In this document: piece after piece, positions 49,105-59,460 of the stretch
Layout: each line of letters begins with the position of its first letter
How positions within the stretch are numbered: position 1 is the first letter of the stretch
Assembly: GCA_965215335.1 (NCBI GenBank)
Contig: CBDCDA010000001.1
Span: forward strand, 2,048,001 to 2,112,000
DNA length: 64,000 nt
Reading direction: 5' to 3'
Origin: an uncultured Candidatus Entotheonella sp.
Lineage (GTDB): Bacteria > Tectomicrobia > Entotheonellia > Entotheonellales > Entotheonellaceae
Translations under genes and position numbers: made by a program
Notes under the pieces: model-generated
The model's input: only the letters and a program-made list of their open reading frames with translations
The model's database searches: none
What the model was told of the DNA's origin: nothing

Positions 49105-50280
49105 CTATTCCTTCGGTAGTCCCAGAACCCGCTCGCCGATGATGTTCCTCTGAATTTCCGACGTCCCCGAAAAGATCGTTTCGGCCCGGCTGTAGAGGAA
49201 ATAGTACTGCAGGTCCACCGGGGTGGGATAGTAAGGCGATTCGGGAGAGAGTTGGGAGAGCGGACCGAGCAGTTCCTGTCCGATCTCGTGCATGTACTGA
49301 TCCGTCTCACTCCAGTACAGCTTGTCCAGCGACGCCTCGGGCCCCGGCTCCTTGCCACGCAGGTGGCTGGTGATGGTGCGGTAGTTGCTCAGGCGCATCA
49401 GATCGACGCGAATGTAGGCGTCGGCAAGTTTCTGGCGCACGACGGCGTCGGCGCTGAGCGGCTGGCCCTTGCGGGTGGTCTTTCGCGCTACGTCGATAAT
49501 ATCGTCGAGGCGGCGCTTGACACTGACCTGGGTCCCGAACGACGCGGTGCCGCGCTCGTGGGTAAGCGTCGTCATGGCGATGCGCCAGCCGGCGTTGAGT
49601 TCGCCCAGAAGTTGAGATTTGGGCACCCGGACGTTGTCGAAGAAGACCTCGTTGAACTCCGAGCCCCCGGTAATCTGCCGGAGGGGCCTGACGGTGACGC
49701 CGGGGCTGTGCATGTCCACCATCAGATAGCTGATCCCCCGATGTTTCGGCGCCTCCGGGTCGGTGCGCACCAAGAGGATGCACATGTCGGCGTGCTGGGC
49801 CATGCTGGTCCAGATCTTCTGGCCGTTGACGACGAAATCATCGCCGTCCGCCACCGCACGGGTCTGCAGCGAGGCGAGATCGGAGCCGGAGTCGGGCTCG
49901 GAAAATCCCTGGCACCAGATTTCCTCGGCGCTCAGAATTTTAGGGATATACTGCTTCTTCTGGGCTTCCGTGCCGTGCGACATGAGCGTCGGACCAACGA
50001 TCATCAGCCCCAGCAGGTTGGCCATTTCCGGCGCCTCGGCACGGGCCATCTCCTCCGAGAAAATGGCCTGCTCGATCAGCGTCGCACCGCGTCCGCCGTA
50101 TTCCTTCGGCCAGTGGATGCCCGCCCAGCCCGCGTCGCACATCTTGCGCTGCCAGGCGCGGCGGTATTGAAAGGCCGCGTCCGGGTCCTTCGGCGTCGGG
50201 TCCTTCGGCACGTTGGCTTCCAGCCAACTACGGATGGTCTGCTGAAACGCTATCGCATTATCGTCAAAACGAACGTCCAT
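49105..50280 (-). CDS. acyl-CoA dehydrogenase
   Basis: WCQGFSEP..GSDLA, NGQK.WTS, GTSEIQRNII. Confidence 0.95.
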   Translation of the reverse strand: MDVRFDDNAIAFQQTIRSWLEANVPKDPTPKDPDAAFQYRRAWQRKMCDAGWAGIHWPKEYGGRGATLIEQAIFSEEMARAEAPEMANLLGLMIVGPTLMSHGTEAQKKQYIPKILSAEEIWCQGFSEPDSGSDLASLQTRAVADGDDFVVNGQKIWTSMAQHADMCILLVRTDPEAPKHRGISYLMVDMHSPGVTVRPLRQITGGSEFNEVFFDNVRVPKSQLLGELNAGWRIAMTTLTHERGTASFGTQVSVKRRLDDIIDVARKTTRKGQPLSADAVVRQKLADAYIRVDLMRLSNYRTITSHLRGKEPGPEASLDKLYWSETDQYMHEIGQELLGPLSQLSPESPYYPTPVDLQYYFLYSRAETIFSGTSEIQRNIIGERVLGLPKE

Positions 50281-50409
50281 GGTAAACAGGCCCTCTCACA
50301 CGATTGATTTGCCATCGCCGTCTCACGCTGGTCGAAATCGCGGTATCATACTGTGTGGCGCCCCGCAGCACAACAGGCGCGAACTCGTTTCCACTGGGGA
50401 CACCCTCGC

Positions 50410-51447
50410 ATGCAGGCATTCTGGCACGCGCTCCCGCAACCGTTCTTTGTTCTCGCACCGCTTGCCGGCGTGACCGATCCCGCCTTCCGACGCCTCATTG
50501 CCAAGTACGGCAAACCGCACGCCATATGGACGGAGTTCACCTCAGCCGATGGCCTCTGCGCACCCGGTCGCGACCGACTGGTGCGCGGTCTGGTATACGC
50601 GGAAAGTGAGCGGCCCATCGTGGCGCAACTGTTCGGCGCCAAGCCGGACATGATGGAACGGGCAGCGGCTCTGGCAGTCGAACTGGGATTCGACGGTATC
50701 GACATCAACATGGGATGCCCGGACCGCAGCGTGGAGAAACGTGGCGCCGGAGCAGCGCTGTGCAAGCGACCCGCCCTGGCTCGGGCGATGATTCGGGCGG
50801 CCAAAAAGGGCGCCGGCGGCGTACCCGTATCGGCAAAAATCCGCCTCGGGTATGACCGCAACGAGCTCGCAACCTGGCTGCCCGCGCTGCTGGAAGCCGA
50901 GCCCGTTGCCATCACCATCCACGCCCGCACCCGTCAGGAGAAGTCGCAGTCACCCGCCCACTGGGACGCCATCGCGCAAGCCGTGGACATCCGCGACGAA
51001 CTCACCTCGCCGGCCTGTATCGTCGGCAACGGCGACGTTGCCGACCTCGCCGATGCCCGCCGCAAAGTGCGCGCCAGCGGCGCCGACGGCGTCATGCTCG
51101 GTCGCGCCATCTTCGGCAATCCGTGGCTGTTCGACGAGCGGCGCGCCCTGACAGACGTTTCACCCGCGGAAAAGCTGCGGGTGCTGCTGGAACATACGCG
51201 CCTGTTCGAGGAACTTCTGGGGGACATAAAAAGCCTCGACACCATGAAGAAACACTACAAATCGTACCTGAAGGGCTTCGACGGCGCCAAGGCCTTGTTC
51301 CTGCAGATCATGGAAGCGCGCGACATCAACGAGGTCGAAGCGCGCGTGCGTGCCTGTGCTATCCTCCGAAAATCACCCTGGGCAGCCACAGGGCCACTTC
51401 CGGGAAGAACAGCACGACCAGCAGGCCCACGACCTGCAGGATCATGA
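50410..51447 (+). CDS. dus: tRNA-dihydrouridine synthase
   Basis: LAP.AGVTD, DINMGCP, K.R.G, H.RT, GNGD, GVMLGR. Confidence 0.93.
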   Translation: MQAFWHALPQPFFVLAPLAGVTDPAFRRLIAKYGKPHAIWTEFTSADGLCAPGRDRLVRGLVYAESERPIVAQLFGAKPDMMERAAALAVELGFDGIDINMGCPDRSVEKRGAGAALCKRPALARAMIRAAKKGAGGVPVSAKIRLGYDRNELATWLPALLEAEPVAITIHARTRQEKSQSPAHWDAIAQAVDIRDELTSPACIVGNGDVADLADARRKVRASGADGVMLGRAIFGNPWLFDERRALTDVSPAEKLRVLLEHTRLFEELLGDIKSLDTMKKHYKSYLKGFDGAKALFLQIMEARDINEVEARVRACAILRKSPWAATGPLPGRTARPAGPRPAGS

Positions 51448-52720
51448 ACTGCAGCATGCCGTTGTAGATGTCCGACAACTCCCACTCCGGCGCAACGCCC
51501 TTGAGGTAGTAGGCGGCCATCGCCACCGGCGGCGACAGGAAGGCCGTCTGCAGATTGACCGCCACCAGGGTACAGAACCACACCATGGCATGCTGCGATT
51601 CGATACCCGGCAACAATGGGTTGTCCGGGTTCTGCTGCAGGGCTTCGACGACGGGGAGGAAGATCGGCACGAAGATCAGCACGATGGCGGGCCATTCCAG
51701 CGGCCAGCCGAGTACGAAGATGACCGCCATCAGGATGATGATCATGGCCATCGGCGACACCGGCAGGGCGAGCATGGTGTCGGTGATGAGCGTCGCCGTG
51801 CCCAGACGGGCGAACACGGAGCCGTAGATGTTCGAGGCCACGGCCAGGAACAGCACCATGCTGGATGTCCCCAGCGTGCTCAGGGTCGCCTCGCGCAGCA
51901 CGGTCCAGTTCAGTCGTCCGTACAGCGCGGTCAGCAACAGGGCGCCCAGGGCGGCCATGGCCGCCGCTTCCGTCGGCGTTGCGAGACCGGCGATGATGCT
52001 GCCCAGGGCGGCGAACACGACAACCGCCAGCGGCACGATGCCCAGGAAGAATTCGCGCATCACGACCCAGAAAGACTCCGGGTGTTCATCAGGCGGCAGC
52101 GGCGGTCCGAGGTCCGGGTTGATCTGGCAGCGGAAGAATGTGTAGCCGAAATACAACCCGGAGAGGATGAGGCCCGGCACGATCGCCGCGGCAAACAGCT
52201 GCACCACGGACACCCCGACCACCGGTCCCAGGACGACCAGCAGGACGCTTGGCGGAATGAGGATGCCCAGGCAGCCGCCAGCCGTGATGACACCGGCGGA
52301 CAGGGCCGTGTTGTAGCGGCTGCGCATCATCGCCGGCGCCGCCAGCAACCCCATGACGGTGACGGAAGCGCCGATGATGCCGGTCGCCGTGGCAAAAATC
52401 GTTGACACGAACAGCACGCCGAGGAACAGCGAGCCTCTGACCCGCGCCAGGATGAACTGGAACGACAGGAAGAGGCGCTCCATCAGCCCCGCCTGCTCCA
52501 GAATGTGCCCCATGAATATGAACAAGGGCACGGCGGCCAGGGTTTCCTCTTTCATGATTTGCCAGGTCTGGAAGAACATCAGGAAGAAGACCACCTTGCC
52601 GAAGCCGATGTACCCGAACACGATGGCGAGGATGATCAGGGTGAAGGCGATCGGAAAGCCGATGAAGATGCACGTGATGAGGGCGACGAGAAGAATTAGG
52701 CCAAGGTATTCCGGACTCAT
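51359..52720 (-). CDS. dctM: TRAP transporter large permease (DctM)
   Basis: AVPLFIFMG, G.LGILIPPS, ATPTEAA, LSPP. Confidence 0.95.
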   Translation of the reverse strand: MSPEYLGLILLVALITCIFIGFPIAFTLIILAIVFGYIGFGKVVFFLMFFQTWQIMKEETLAAVPLFIFMGHILEQAGLMERLFLSFQFILARVRGSLFLGVLFVSTIFATATGIIGASVTVMGLLAAPAMMRSRYNTALSAGVITAGGCLGILIPPSVLLVVLGPVVGVSVVQLFAAAIVPGLILSGLYFGYTFFRCQINPDLGPPLPPDEHPESFWVVMREFFLGIVPLAVVVFAALGSIIAGLATPTEAAAMAALGALLLTALYGRLNWTVLREATLSTLGTSSMVLFLAVASNIYGSVFARLGTATLITDTMLALPVSPMAMIIILMAVIFVLGWPLEWPAIVLIFVPIFLPVVEALQQNPDNPLLPGIESQHAMVWFCTLVAVNLQTAFLSPPVAMAAYYLKGVAPEWELSDIYNGMLQFMILQVVGLLVVLFFPEVALWLPRVIFGG

Positions 52721-53316
52721 AGGATGTCGCCTCTCAGAACGGGGGGTTCGCTTTCAAGGAGAGATTCGCCTTTGATGGCGGCGTAGGCGCTCTTGAGGAA
52801 CTCCGAGACCCCCTGGATGGTCAGCAGGGCCGCGGCAATGGGCACGACGGTTTTGAAGGGATAGATGATCGGACGCCAGGGGCTGGCGTCCGAGCGCTCG
52901 CCGATTCCCCACGAGTGCATGGCCTCATCCCAGCCGGCGAACATGAAGAAGAGCATTCCCGGGAAGAAAAACACCAGGTACATACTTCCGTCCACGATGC
53001 CTTTCCACTGCACGGTGAAGTTCTCGTACAGCATGTCGGTGCGGATGTGGCTGCCCTTGTACAGGGTGTAGGCGGCGCCCAGCATGAAGTGGGAACCGTA
53101 GAGCATGTACGTCACGTCATAGGCCCAGATGGTGGGCGCGTTGAAGAGATAGCGGGCGAAAACCTCGTAGGACAGACCGCCCACCATGGGCAGTACGAGT
53201 CCGGCGAAGAGCAGGCCCGAGCCGCGCCCGACGACGGTGTCGATGATGCGCACCGCCATGACCAGGGCCTTGGGCGGGACCTCTTTCGGGGATGTGGTCT
53301 CGTTTTCAGCAACCAT
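52717..53316 (-). CDS. dctQ: TRAP transporter small permease (DctQ)
   Basis: EV.ARY.FNAPT.WA, HIR.D. Confidence 0.92.
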   Translation of the reverse strand: MVAENETTSPKEVPPKALVMAVRIIDTVVGRGSGLLFAGLVLPMVGGLSYEVFARYLFNAPTIWAYDVTYMLYGSHFMLGAAYTLYKGSHIRTDMLYENFTVQWKGIVDGSMYLVFFFPGMLFFMFAGWDEAMHSWGIGERSDASPWRPIIYPFKTVVPIAAALLTIQGVSEFLKSAYAAIKGESLLESEPPVLRGDIL

Positions 53317-53423
53317 GCGGGCTCCCATCCTGGCAGCGGGAAAAGACAGACGCTCACACGCCCAGGGCCCGTTTGTGCAACCGGCCTTGGGCGTGTCGTT
53401 CACTCGGCCTCAGAGGGCTTCCC

Positions 53424-54548
53424 TTACTTGAGGAAAATCCGGTCTTTCCAGTAGTAGTCGCTGGCGAACTCGTACGGCGGCCACACGGAGCGCCGATAGG
53501 GAACCAGCAACGAGGCGTACGCCTTCTGGGAATCGACCACTTTCTTGATGAAGGGGTCCTCGGCCATCTTCTGCGCGAGGATCTTGTCGTAGGTCTCCAG
53601 GAAGGTGACGAGGATGTCGTTCGGCGTGCGGCGGACCTCGACACCGTGCTTCTCCACCATTTCCTTGTATGCCGCGGCGTTCTGGCGCTGCCAGCTCACC
53701 CACCAGTGGAAGAAGGTGGCCTGCGCCGCGGCGCGCACGATCTCCTGGAGGTCAGGGGGCAGGCTGTCCCAAGTGCTCTTGTTGACCAGCAGGTCGCCGA
53801 CGGTGGTGGGTTCGTGCATGCCGGGGGTGTAGTGATACTTCCAGACGTTGTAGAAACCGAGCTTCAGGTCCTCGATGCCGCCGACCCATTCGGCACCGTC
53901 GATAACGCCGCGCTCGGCCGCCGGCAGGATTTCGGCGCCCGGCAGCGTCACGACGGTCATGCCCGCCTCTTTGAACACGTCCGCGCCGATGCCGTAAATG
54001 CGGAACTTGACGCCTTTGAAGTCTTCCCAGCCGCCGATGGGTTTCTTGAACCAGCCCAGGGCCTGTGGCGCCGCCGCCAGGATGGGGAAGCTGACGACGT
54101 CGAGCCTCAGGACTTCCTGGTACCACTCGTTGATCAGTTCAAGGCCGCCGCCTTCCCAGATCCAGCCGAACATGTCGATGGTATCCATGCCGAAGAGCGG
54201 TCCGTGGGACAGTGGCACCGCGGCCCAGTGCTTGCCGATGTAGTAGCCGGGCGCCGTGTGGCCGCCGTCGATGACGCCACGTGCCGTGGCGTCGAGAACC
54301 TCGAACGGCCCCACCACGGTGCCGGCGGGCAGCGTGTCGATCTTCAGCCGGCCGCCCGACATCTTGTCTACCTTGTCGGCGAACATCTCGAAATTGTCAT
54401 ACAGCGTCAGGCCCGACGGCCAACTGGCTTGAAACTTGAGCGTCTTGCTCTGCGCCAAGGTCTCCGGCAAGTCCCCGGGCCCCAAGCCAAGCATGAGTGC
54501 CAGCACTACCAGCGCGCTGCTCACCCCGACCCACATCCGTCTGCTCAT
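53424..54548 (-). CDS. dctP: TRAP substrate-binding protein (DctP, TakP-like)
   Basis: SGGRLKI, GWFKK.I, ERGVIDGAEW, PG.HEP. Confidence 0.93.
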   Translation of the reverse strand: MSRRMWVGVSSALVVLALMLGLGPGDLPETLAQSKTLKFQASWPSGLTLYDNFEMFADKVDKMSGGRLKIDTLPAGTVVGPFEVLDATARGVIDGGHTAPGYYIGKHWAAVPLSHGPLFGMDTIDMFGWIWEGGGLELINEWYQEVLRLDVVSFPILAAAPQALGWFKKPIGGWEDFKGVKFRIYGIGADVFKEAGMTVVTLPGAEILPAAERGVIDGAEWVGGIEDLKLGFYNVWKYHYTPGMHEPTTVGDLLVNKSTWDSLPPDLQEIVRAAAQATFFHWWVSWQRQNAAAYKEMVEKHGVEVRRTPNDILVTFLETYDKILAQKMAEDPFIKKVVDSQKAYASLLVPYRRSVWPPYEFASDYYWKDRIFLK

Positions 54549-54592
54549 TCCCGCTTCTCCTTAGAGTAAGGTCTCCTCAAAAAAAGTGCGCC

Positions 54593-54620
54593 ATCCTAAC
54601 AGAGATTGAACCCCTGTCAA
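54593..54620 (-). promoter_or_regulatory. sigma70-like promoter for the TRAP operon
   Basis: TTGACA-16 nt-TAGGAT with extended -10 TG. Confidence 0.45.
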
Positions 54621-54694
54621 CCCCCCTGCCGCCTGCGCCCTTGACCGTGCAGAATCAGGACAGGTTCGCCCACCTTTCCTCTTTCACAACCCGC

Positions 54695-55149
54695 TCAACC
54701 TCGCCTTCCAGCCACCAGAAGGCAGCCAGGCCGCGTAGCAGCCGAAAATCGACGATCCGTCAGCCAATTGTTGTAAGCGCCTATCCAAAGCGCAACTTCG
54801 TCTATGAGCGGCCAAGCTTCCTGCATTCGCACCGGAACAACGCAAATGGGGGAGACAAAATTGGCCAGCGCGCTCAGAAACCGGATCGCATCGAAACACG
54901 ACGGCCATGCCGCAAGGGCAGGACTCCTGGCCGCTAATACGCTCGTCGACCACACCGACTGAACGCCGCAATGCGCACAGCCTCGCGGCTGACGTCCACG
55001 CCGTGAATCTGATTGTAAAGCGTCGTCCTGATCGCCTGTCGAGGTGGATCGACGCCGGCGAGTGTGACGGTGGACGCGGCAGGAGCGCCGTCTGACAAAT
55101 AGCCAGTGGCTTCGAGCACGTTGCGCAGGAGACCAGCAAGCTCAGACAT
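54695..55149 (-). pseudogene. collapsed remnant of a large N6-DNA methylase/type IIG RM gene
   Basis: start overlaps the upstream stop; MSELAGLLRNVLEATGY joined to LYNQIHGVDVSREAVRIAAFS (Eco57I-like) and an out-of-frame C-terminal piece. Confidence 0.55.
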
Positions 55150-57875
55150 GATCGTTCTCCACGGCGCCGGCGAGGCGGCGAGCGGCGTCAGCATCCACAC
55201 GCCAGTGGGCGACGTCAAGAGCGGCGAGATAGCGGAGGATGGCGATGAGGGCCTCGCGCTGCGGCCAGTAGCCGGCGAGTTCGGTGTGCAGCCACGTGAG
55301 GCTGTCGGTTACGTCGTCGGTCTCCGCGGCTCGCCAGACGGCGTAGAGAGCGTGGCGGACGATGCCCTGGCCGGCCAGGTCGGCGCGCCCGAACTCGGAG
55401 GCGGTCTTCAGGCGGGTCTGGTTGGCCTTGCCGGTGTGCAGCAGGCGACGGTAGTCGGGAACGCCGAAGCCGCGCGCGAATTCCTGGTAGACGCCGGCGC
55501 GGAAATCGCCGTGGGTTTCGACTTCCAGTCCCTTGAGGTAGAGCTTTTCTTCCGCGGCCAGGCCGCGCCAGACGTGCGCCGGCAGACCGACGGGAACGAG
55601 AAAGTTGCTGGCGGTGCGCACCGCGTCGGCGATGATCCTGGCGAGGGGGTTGGCCTCGCCGCGCTGGCGCTCGCGCGCGACACGTCCACGTCTTCGATGG
55701 CGCGGTAGCCGGTCAACACCCGCAGCGCCGCGGCGTAGGCGGCGAGCTGGTAGTCGGCATCGGAGAAGTTGGGCGCGTCGCGATCGTCCAGGTCACGCAT
55801 GGAGGCAAGCTGGCGCTCCACCTCCGCTTCGACCTCGGGCACCACCTCGTCCAGGAAGGCGGTGTCGGCGGTAGCCTGTTTGCGCAACACCATGAGGACG
55901 GTGCCCTGCACGTAGTTGCCTTCCTTGAGGGCGGATTCCGTCTCGGTGGCGATGGTCCACGCGGCGGTAACGCGCAACCCGGCCGCCCAGAGGATCAGCG
56001 CGAGGTCGGCCCAGACGCCGGCATCCTGGTGGGTGAACATGACCACCTGAAAGCCGTCGTCCGGCATGTGTGCCGTGAGGTTTCGGTAGCAATCCACCAT
56101 GCTGCGGCGGAAGTGGGCGTCGGTCCCCTGAACGGCGAGCGCACGCTTGCTGTCGGTGTACCAGTCCGGGAAGAGCGTTTTGAGATGCGTGGCGCTCCAA
56201 GCAAGTAAATACTCCGACAATTCGTGATAGTTGACGGCATCAGCGTACGGGGGATCCGTCAACCAAATATCCCGCCCAACTGTCATGGCACCTGCATCCT
56301 CGACAGTTACGTTTGCGCACCCAGCGGTCTCGTACGCGCTCAGGTCTACAAAAAACGACTTTTCGAGCGCCACCAAGCCTCGCCCCGCGAAGCTATACAT
56401 CGTGTTTAGCGCTTGGTTGCTGAACGTCTGCTCCGACTTGTCCCCCACTGTACGAGTGTGCCATCGGCAGAGCTTGGAGTTATAGTCGACGCAGCGAGAA
56501 AGCCCCAGGACTGATGCGACTCCATCTCTCCTTCCCGGCGACCCTGAACGCGCTTCCGACGAGAACAACCCGTTGCTGAGCAGCTGCCGCGGCGTGAACA
56601 GGTGATGCCAGTGGGTCCATCCACGCGTCCGAATGAGTTCGTTGGTCTTTGCCCCCGGTGCAATGGCGCGGCTCGGCAGGAATCCCCGGTGCTGCCAATC
56701 CGTGAGGTTCTCGCGCAGCAGCGCCAGAACTCTGGCCTCGCGGTGCAGGTCGTCATCGCCAACGGCCCGGTACACGACGCCCGGCAACGCCTTGGTCAGC
56801 GCGGCCACCGCTTCCTCGCGCCGTTTCCAGGCGCGTGCGCGCAGGCCGGCAAGCTCGCGCCGGTCGGCGGTGTCGAGCAGCGCGCTCAGGCGGTCGATCG
56901 CGTGGTCGAGGGACGTCCACTCCGGAACCGGCGCAGGCCAGCCGCGACTGCCTGACCGTGCCGGCGTCGCGGGCGGCGACCATGGCGGTGGGCGTCACGC
57001 CGGAGCGAACGACGATGTCGAATCTGCGGCCCCCCGGTTGTGGCGTCAGTTCGGCCACGGTGCGGGTCTTCTCGCCGATCACCCAGCTCGGCGCCATGGG
57101 CACCAGCCAGCCGCACTCCGGGCACTTGGTCTCGGTGCAGTAGAGGAAGGCATCGGCGCGCCAGCCGGCCTCGTCGTGTTCGATGCGCCACGCCGTGATC
57201 TGCCGGTCGACCGCCTCGAAGGCGCGATCCTGGGCGCGGCGCACGGCGTGGGCCGCGGCATCGCCGCCGCCGACGATGTTGAGCGCCCCCCAGGTGAGCA
57301 GTGCCGCCACCGGGTTCAGGTCCGAGCCGTACGCTTCGCAGCCGATGCGGGCTGCCTCGAACGGCACGCTGCCGCCGCCGCAGAAGGCGTCGCCCACGCG
57401 CGGGACGCGGCCGAACCGGCGCCTCCCCAGTTCCCGCACGAGACCGGGAAGGCTCGCGGTGGCGGTGCCGAGATGAGCGTTGATCGCCGGCCACGCGGCC
57501 GGCGAAGGGCCGTCAACCTGCTCGGGACGGTCGCAGTACGTGAGCTTCTCGTCATAATTAAGGCGGTCGAATACCAAGAGTTGCAGGCGCTTTCTTTCCG
57601 CGGCCGTTGTGCCTTTCTTCAGCCTGGGAGCGGTCGAATACGCATCGGCGCCGAACCAGGCGCGGCGTTCATCGGCGTCGAGCCGCCGGTACACCTCCTT
57701 CAGGGGAATGCTGCGTCTCTTGCGACGCCGCAGTCCTGCGGCGTCCATGGTGAGGAGCGCCAGGAGCGTCTCGCGGTCCCGGCGCGGGTCGTCCGAAGCG
57801 GGCATGAGCAGGCCGAGAATGACGGCGCGCGTCATGATGAGCGGCTTGCGGCCCCACCATTTTCCGAGAGGTGTA
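55142..57875 (-). pseudogene. DUF1156 adenine-specific DNA methyltransferase (anti-phage associated), multiply broken
   Basis: LGKWWGRKPL, motif I DAFCGGGSVP, motif IV TDPPY; frameshifts near 56935 and 55678; N-terminus deleted. Confidence 0.85.
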
Positions 57876-58112
57876 GCCGCCGCCCATGGCCTGGGTGAGT
57901 TTGAACACGCCTTGGGCGGAGCGCCCTTCCAGCCGCCGGAAGCCCTCCGTCAGCAACGTCTTCATGCCCTCGGTGACGTAGTTTTCGGCGAAGAAATCAG
58001 CCGGGTCGATGCGGTCGTCGACCAGATCCGTGAGATCAAGAACGGTGTCGCGGCGGGTCGGGTCGAACGTGCTGCTCCGGGGCAGGCATGCCTGTTTGAC
58101 GGTCTTCACCAA
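57876..58112 (-). pseudogene. N-terminal stub of a DUF499 AAA+ ATPase
   Basis: FF.ENYVTEGMK.LL...FRRL.G...QGVF.LTQAMGGG, cut inside Walker A. Confidence 0.8.
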
Positions 58113-58218
58113 GGTCTACCCTTTTCGTCATGGCGAGCCAACACCGCTGCGCTGTACGAATCCGCTGACACCCGAGCGCATGCCGGAAGCATTGACGCTG
58201 AACAACGCGGCCTGAGAG

Positions 58219-59448
58219 TCACCGCACCAGGTGCTCGTAGACCGTCTGCAGGCCGGCGCGGCCGATGCGCTGGCGGGCGAAGCGCATGCTGCTGGCGCGG
58301 CGGTATTCGTGTGGCGTGACGGCGTCGTCGCCGTGCGCCAGGGCGATGCAGGCCAGCGTCTCCGGCCCGCCCTGAAACTGCTCGGCGCCGGTGACCGCTA
58401 GGCCCAGATCGGTATCGTTGCGCCGCCGCACGTTGCGCGCCATGGCGGCAGCGACCTGGGGGCTGACGATTCCGTGGCGGGCGACCAGCGCCTCGGGCAC
58501 GTCCAGCAGGCGCTCCAGGGCCGTCGGGTGATGTGCCATGACCGCGGCAACGAACCGGTGATCCGGCGCCAATGCGCTGCCCAATTCATGGCCCACGCCA
58601 CCGCTCATGCCGGACTCCGCAACCGCGATCGTGAGGTCGTGCTGACGCAGCAGGTCGGCAACGGCCTGATCGTACTCCACCGCATCGCGCCCGAACACGG
58701 CCTTGCCCAGGCGCTGCCGCACCGTGGCCTCCAGCGGGTCGAGCAGCGCGGCCGCGGCCGCCTCATCCGTCTCCTTGGCCGTCAGGCGCACGTGGATTTC
58801 GCCAAGCTGCATCTGCGCCAGCAGGCCGATCGTCGGGTTCGATCCCTCCTGGATCAGGTCGTCCAGCGTCTCGTCGATGTAGCTCTCGGTCAGCCCGAGG
58901 CACTTCAGGGTCCGCGACACCAGTACCGACTGCACCCGAAACCGCTCCTTGAGATGCGGCAGCACGGCGTTCTCCATCAGGTAGCGCAACTCCCCCGGCA
59001 CGCCGGGGAAACACACCACCGCGCCGCCGCGCGGTGTCGGCGCCACGAAAATGGGCGCGGTTCCCACCGGGTTCCCGATGGGCAGCGCGCCGGCCGGCAC
59101 GTACGCCTGCCGGGCGTTGTTCTCCGTGTAGCGGCTTCCCATCATCGCCCTGATCTGCTCCAGCAGGTCGGGGTGCATCTCCAGCGGCACGCCGAGCACC
59201 TCGGCCACCGACTCGCGCGTCAGGTCGTCCAGGGTCGGACCGATGCCGCCGGTCGTCAGCACCAGGTCGCTGCGGTCAACCGCCCGCTGCAGCGTCTCGA
59301 CGATACGGCCCTTGTTGTCCCCCACGGTGCTCTTGTAGTACAGATCGATCCCCAGGCTCGACAGCTGCTGCGCGATGTAGGCGGCGTTGGTATCGATGAT
59401 CTGCCCGAGGAGCAGTTCCGTGCCGACCACGATGATCTCGGCTTGCAT
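58219..59448 (-). CDS. cinA: CinA (competence/damage-inducible protein A)
   Basis: GTELLLGQIIDTN, GGIGPT.DD.TR, NPVGTAP, PGVP.E. Confidence 0.93.
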   Translation of the reverse strand: MQAEIIVVGTELLLGQIIDTNAAYIAQQLSSLGIDLYYKSTVGDNKGRIVETLQRAVDRSDLVLTTGGIGPTLDDLTRESVAEVLGVPLEMHPDLLEQIRAMMGSRYTENNARQAYVPAGALPIGNPVGTAPIFVAPTPRGGAVVCFPGVPGELRYLMENAVLPHLKERFRVQSVLVSRTLKCLGLTESYIDETLDDLIQEGSNPTIGLLAQMQLGEIHVRLTAKETDEAAAAALLDPLEATVRQRLGKAVFGRDAVEYDQAVADLLRQHDLTIAVAESGMSGGVGHELGSALAPDHRFVAAVMAHHPTALERLLDVPEALVARHGIVSPQVAAAMARNVRRRNDTDLGLAVTGAEQFQGGPETLACIALAHGDDAVTPHEYRRASSMRFARQRIGRAGLQTVYEHLVR

Positions 59449-59460
59449 GCCAACGCTCTC

